In this document: positions 61,410-64,000 of the stretch, piece by piece
How the letters are laid out: each line of letters starts with the position of its first letter
How positions within the stretch are numbered: the stretch's first letter is position 1
From: Thermaceae bacterium
GTDB taxonomy: Bacteria; Deinococcota; Deinococci; Deinococcales; Marinithermaceae
Assembly (NCBI GenBank): GCA_026984675.1
Contig: JALSRQ010000015.1
Location: 9,470 to 73,469 of the forward strand
Length of the DNA: 64,000 nt
Reading direction: 5' to 3'
The notes under the pieces: model-generated
What the model was told of the DNA's origin: nothing
Databases searched by the model: none
What the model saw: only the letters and a program-made list of their open reading frames with translations
Program-made: the position numbers and the translations under genes

Positions 61410-62486
61410 CTAGCTCATCGGCACCTGGGGGATCAGCTTGCCGTCGATCCGCTCGAGGATGTCGTCGATCGAATGGCCGGTGATGGTGAGGCCGTGGTTC
61501 TTGAGGCCGACCACCGCCCGCGAGGGGTCCGGCGCCTGGCGGATCTTCTCGGCCACCGCCTCGGCCAGCTGGTAGGTGCCGCAGGGGTAGTTGAAGGGGG
61601 TCGAGGGCACCCCCTCCATCCAAGCGTGCACGTGGATGATCGCCCCCACCCGGGGGTGCTCGCGGTAGATCATCCAGTGCTCGATGGCGTCGACGCTGAC
61701 CCTCTTCGGCACCACCTTGGGCGGAACCTGAAGGATCATCGCGTTCTTCTCGGGGTCGTAGTCCTTGACCATCAGGATGTCGCGGCCGATCTCCCTCAGG
61801 TTCGACTTGTCGACCCCGGAGGCGCTCATCCAAAAGCGCTTTTCGTCCTTGCGGGCCGAGAGGTTGCCGTAGGAGAGGCCGCCGATGCCGTAGAGCCGCT
61901 TCACGTGGCGGAGATCCTCGGGGGGGAGGATCGTCTCGATCGGGAAGGGGGCGGGCAGGAGGTCCCACTCGGCCAGCTTCTTCCCCGCCCGGTACATGGC
62001 CTCGGTCTGTTCGTCGCCGTTCCAGAGCTCGGGCTCCAGGGTGGGTTCGAAGATGTTGTCGATCACCAGCACACTGCAGGCGATCGGGTTGATGCGGGCG
62101 TAGACCCGCTCGTAGAAGGCGTCGCCCTCGGGCTCCATGTAGTGGCCGAGCTCCAGGGTCAAAAAGTGGGCCCCCTCGCCGGGGGTGTAGGCGATCATCA
62201 TGTTGGAGAGCGCCCGCACCAGGTAGGGGTAGAGGGCCTTGATCGGCTCGGAGGGCATCTCCGGAAGCTCCAGGATGCTCACCACGAAGGTGGCCTTGGC
62301 CCGCCGGCGGTAGGGCTTGGCCCGCTCGGGGGTGATGAAGTTGAGGACCAACCGGGGGGCCTCGGGGTTTTCCTCGTAGGCGTAGCCGTTGTTTAAGAAG
62401 ACCCGCTTCAGGCCCTCGGCGAAGGGCCGGAGCCCGGGGGTGGGCTCGCCGTGAAAGGTGAACACTGCGGCATCGTTTCGCTGCAT
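61410..62486 (-). CDS. Class II aldolase/adducin-domain protein with about 180-aa N-terminal extension of unknown function
   Basis: C-terminal half has YGNLSAR, SASGVDK, SVDAIEHWMIY, AIIHVHAW and NHGLTITG. The N-terminal half matches nothing I recognise. Confidence 0.75.
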   Translation of the reverse strand: MQRNDAAVFTFHGEPTPGLRPFAEGLKRVFLNNGYAYEENPEAPRLVLNFITPERAKPYRRRAKATFVVSILELPEMPSEPIKALYPYLVRALSNMMIAYTPGEGAHFLTLELGHYMEPEGDAFYERVYARINPIACSVLVIDNIFEPTLEPELWNGDEQTEAMYRAGKKLAEWDLLPAPFPIETILPPEDLRHVKRLYGIGGLSYGNLSARKDEKRFWMSASGVDKSNLREIGRDILMVKDYDPEKNAMILQVPPKVVPKRVSVDAIEHWMIYREHPRVGAIIHVHAWMEGVPSTPFNYPCGTYQLAEAVAEKIRQAPDPSRAVVGLKNHGLTITGHSIDDILERIDGKLIPQVPMS

Positions 62487-62544
62487 CGATCCCTCCTGCT
62501 CTGGTACCCAGTCTACAACCCCGCACCCGCCGGATAATGGGCCC

Positions 62545-63105
62545 GTGACGCCGTTCGCCGCCCTCGTCCCCCTCCCGCCGGCGGGGGCGGGGTTCTACCG
62601 GTCGCTCGGCCTCGCCCCCTTCCTGGGCGGGCGGATCGTCCTGGCCGAGCGGCCCGACCCCCCCGGGGCGGTGCTGGTCTGGCCCGGCGAGCCCGGGGTC
62701 TTCTACGACTTCGAGGGCAACCTCCACCGGCGCGCGCCGGCCCCCGCCGACGCCGGCCCCCTCGCCGGCGACCCCCGGCCGCTGGGGGTGCTCTACGGGG
62801 TGCGGGACCTGGTCGACTCGATCGCCTGGTACCAGGAGACGCTGGGGCTTACGCTCGTTCACTACGACCCCGAGAGCGACTGGGCCGAGCTCCGGGGCGG
62901 GGAGGGGCTGGCGGTCCTGCTCACCTTCGCGGCCGACGAGAACCGGCGGGGCGTCTTGGTCCTCGAGGTCGCCGACGCCGCCGCCTTCGTGCGGGCCCAC
63001 CCCCGCCCGGTCTGGACCCGCGGCACCGGCTGGGGGAGGCTCGCCGCCTACGCCGACCCCGCCGGCAACCCCCTCCTGTTCATCGACCGTAGCGGTAGCG
63101 GTTGA
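62545..63105 (+). CDS. VOC (glyoxalase/bleomycin-resistance) family protein
   Basis: C-terminal VOC module (VRDLVDSIAWYQETLGL...ADPAGNPLLF). GTG start with GATAAT 6 nt upstream. Confidence 0.6.
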   Translation: MTPFAALVPLPPAGAGFYRSLGLAPFLGGRIVLAERPDPPGAVLVWPGEPGVFYDFEGNLHRRAPAPADAGPLAGDPRPLGVLYGVRDLVDSIAWYQETLGLTLVHYDPESDWAELRGGEGLAVLLTFAADENRRGVLVLEVADAAAFVRAHPRPVWTRGTGWGRLAAYADPAGNPLLFIDRSGSG

Positions 63106-64000
63106 GGTCCCTGAGGTGGCCGGCGAAGGTCTCGTTCAGGTAGAGCCGGCCACGGGCGTGGAAGAAGTAGAGGTAGGGCCGGCCCCGGGGCGAGAGCCGG
63201 CGGGCGTGGAGCACCGACCGCAGGGCCTCCTCGCCGGGGTTATTGATCGGCCCCGGGGGCAGGCCGGGGTGGAGGTAGGTGTTGTAGGGGGAGTCGACCT
63301 CGAAGTCGCCGGCGGCCCGGTCCAGCCGGTCGAGCGGCTTGTCCAGGGCGTAGGCCACGGTAGGGTCGGACTGGAGCGGCATCCCCCGCTCCAGCCGGTT
63401 CAAGAAGACCCCCGCGATCCAGGGCATCTCCTCGGGGCGGTAGGTCTCGGCCTGGACGATCGAGGCCAGGGTCACCCAGCCGTGGACGCTGAGCCCGAGC
63501 ACCGAGAGCACCCGGGTTCGCTCGGGGGTGACCTCGCGGTCGAAGCGGGCCAGCATCGTGGCGACGATCGCCCGGGCGTCGGCGTCCAGGGGGATCCGGT
63601 AGGTATCGGGGAAGAGGTAGCCCTCGAGGCTCGGCCCCTGGTCGTAGGCCGGCTTCAGGTCGTCGGGCGGGGCCAGGGCCAGGCGCAGGAAGGCCTCGGC
63701 GTCGAAGCCGGCCTCCCCCAGCCGGCGGGCGTAGTCGACCGCCCGCCAGCCCTCGGGGAAGGTGAGGCGCACGGTGACCGGCTTGGCCCGCTCGAGCTGG
63801 CGGATCACCGCCAGGGTGCCCTCGCCGCTCAAGCGGAAGACCCCGCCCCGGAGCTTCCTCTCCGCCCCCAGGGCGCGGGCGGCCAGGGCAAAGGCCCGGC
63901 CCGAGCGCACCAGGCCCTTTTCCTCCAGGACCCGCCCGATCCCCACCGCCCCGGCCCCGCGGGGCACCCGCACCACCGCCACCACCCCGGTGGGCCCGAG
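63080..64000 (-). CDS. mltG: Endolytic murein transglycosylase MltG (YceG-like), N-terminus outside window
   Basis: Frame stays open to nt 64000. Motifs LEGYLFPDTY, LASIVQAE, PLQSDPTV, YNTYLHPGLPPGPINNPG. Confidence 0.88.
   Translation of the reverse strand, partial: LGPTGVVAVVRVPRGAGAVGIGRVLEEKGLVRSGRAFALAARALGAERKLRGGVFRLSGEGTLAVIRQLERAKPVTVRLTFPEGWRAVDYARRLGEAGFDAEAFLRLALAPPDDLKPAYDQGPSLEGYLFPDTYRIPLDADARAIVATMLARFDREVTPERTRVLSVLGLSVHGWVTLASIVQAETYRPEEMPWIAGVFLNRLERGMPLQSDPTVAYALDKPLDRLDRAAGDFEVDSPYNTYLHPGLPPGPINNPGEEALRSVLHARRLSPRGRPYLYFFHARGRLYLNETFAGHLRDLNRYRYGR

Noticed and set aside
1-64000. CRISPR arrays, tRNA/rRNA genes, IS elements, integrases, prophage or toxin-antitoxin pairs
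   Set aside because: I found no regularly spaced direct repeats and no tRNA T-loop (GGTTCGAATCC-like) or rRNA-like stretches. No transposase- or integrase-like ORFs were recognised by eye. Every gap larger than 100 nt was inspected individually. A computational scan (tRNAscan-SE, Infernal, CRISPR finders) would be needed to exclude small RNAs.

Overview
High-GC chromosomal segment, about 70% G+C on sampled rows. Protein sequences and gene order look like Deinococcus-Thermus, most likely a Thermaceae genome; this is inferred from recognisable proteins and was not searched. I support about 65 CDS, almost all core housekeeping. They cover DNA repair (addB-addA-like, recG, recJ), translation and transcription (valS, rimP-nusA-ylxR-infB), heme (hemD-hemA-ccsA-like, hemW) and secDF. 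They also cover sulfite oxidation (sorAB-like), a sugar ABC transporter, a TAXI-TRAP transporter, a two-component system and assorted metabolism. I saw no rRNA, tRNA, CRISPR array, transposase or integrase. Many long Arg/Gly/Pro/Ala-rich ORFs in the track are antisense or frame-shifted shadows of real genes, as expected at this GC content. The strongest non-CDS signal is a canonical T-box leader upstream of valS. Its terminator 3' arm is the Shine-Dalgarno sequence and its U-tract abuts the start codon. Start-codon choice was guided by a recurring pattern: a -10 hexamer lies 6-7 nt upstream of the start codon at 11 genes, which predicts leaderless mRNAs. One shared ACTATAAT octamer serves two divergent genes. 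Candidate systems worth follow-up are: (1) a lower-GC pilin plus Wzy_C/O-antigen-ligase-like pair, a possible pilin O-glycosylation module; (2) a tightly overlapped DUF2089 / SHOCT-like / beta-rich four-gene operon with a near-consensus promoter; (3) an AAA ATPase translationally coupled to an HExxH protein. Several structured intergenic elements are also listed. No single clearly novel multi-gene system stands out, and all functional calls are motif recognition by eye without database searches.
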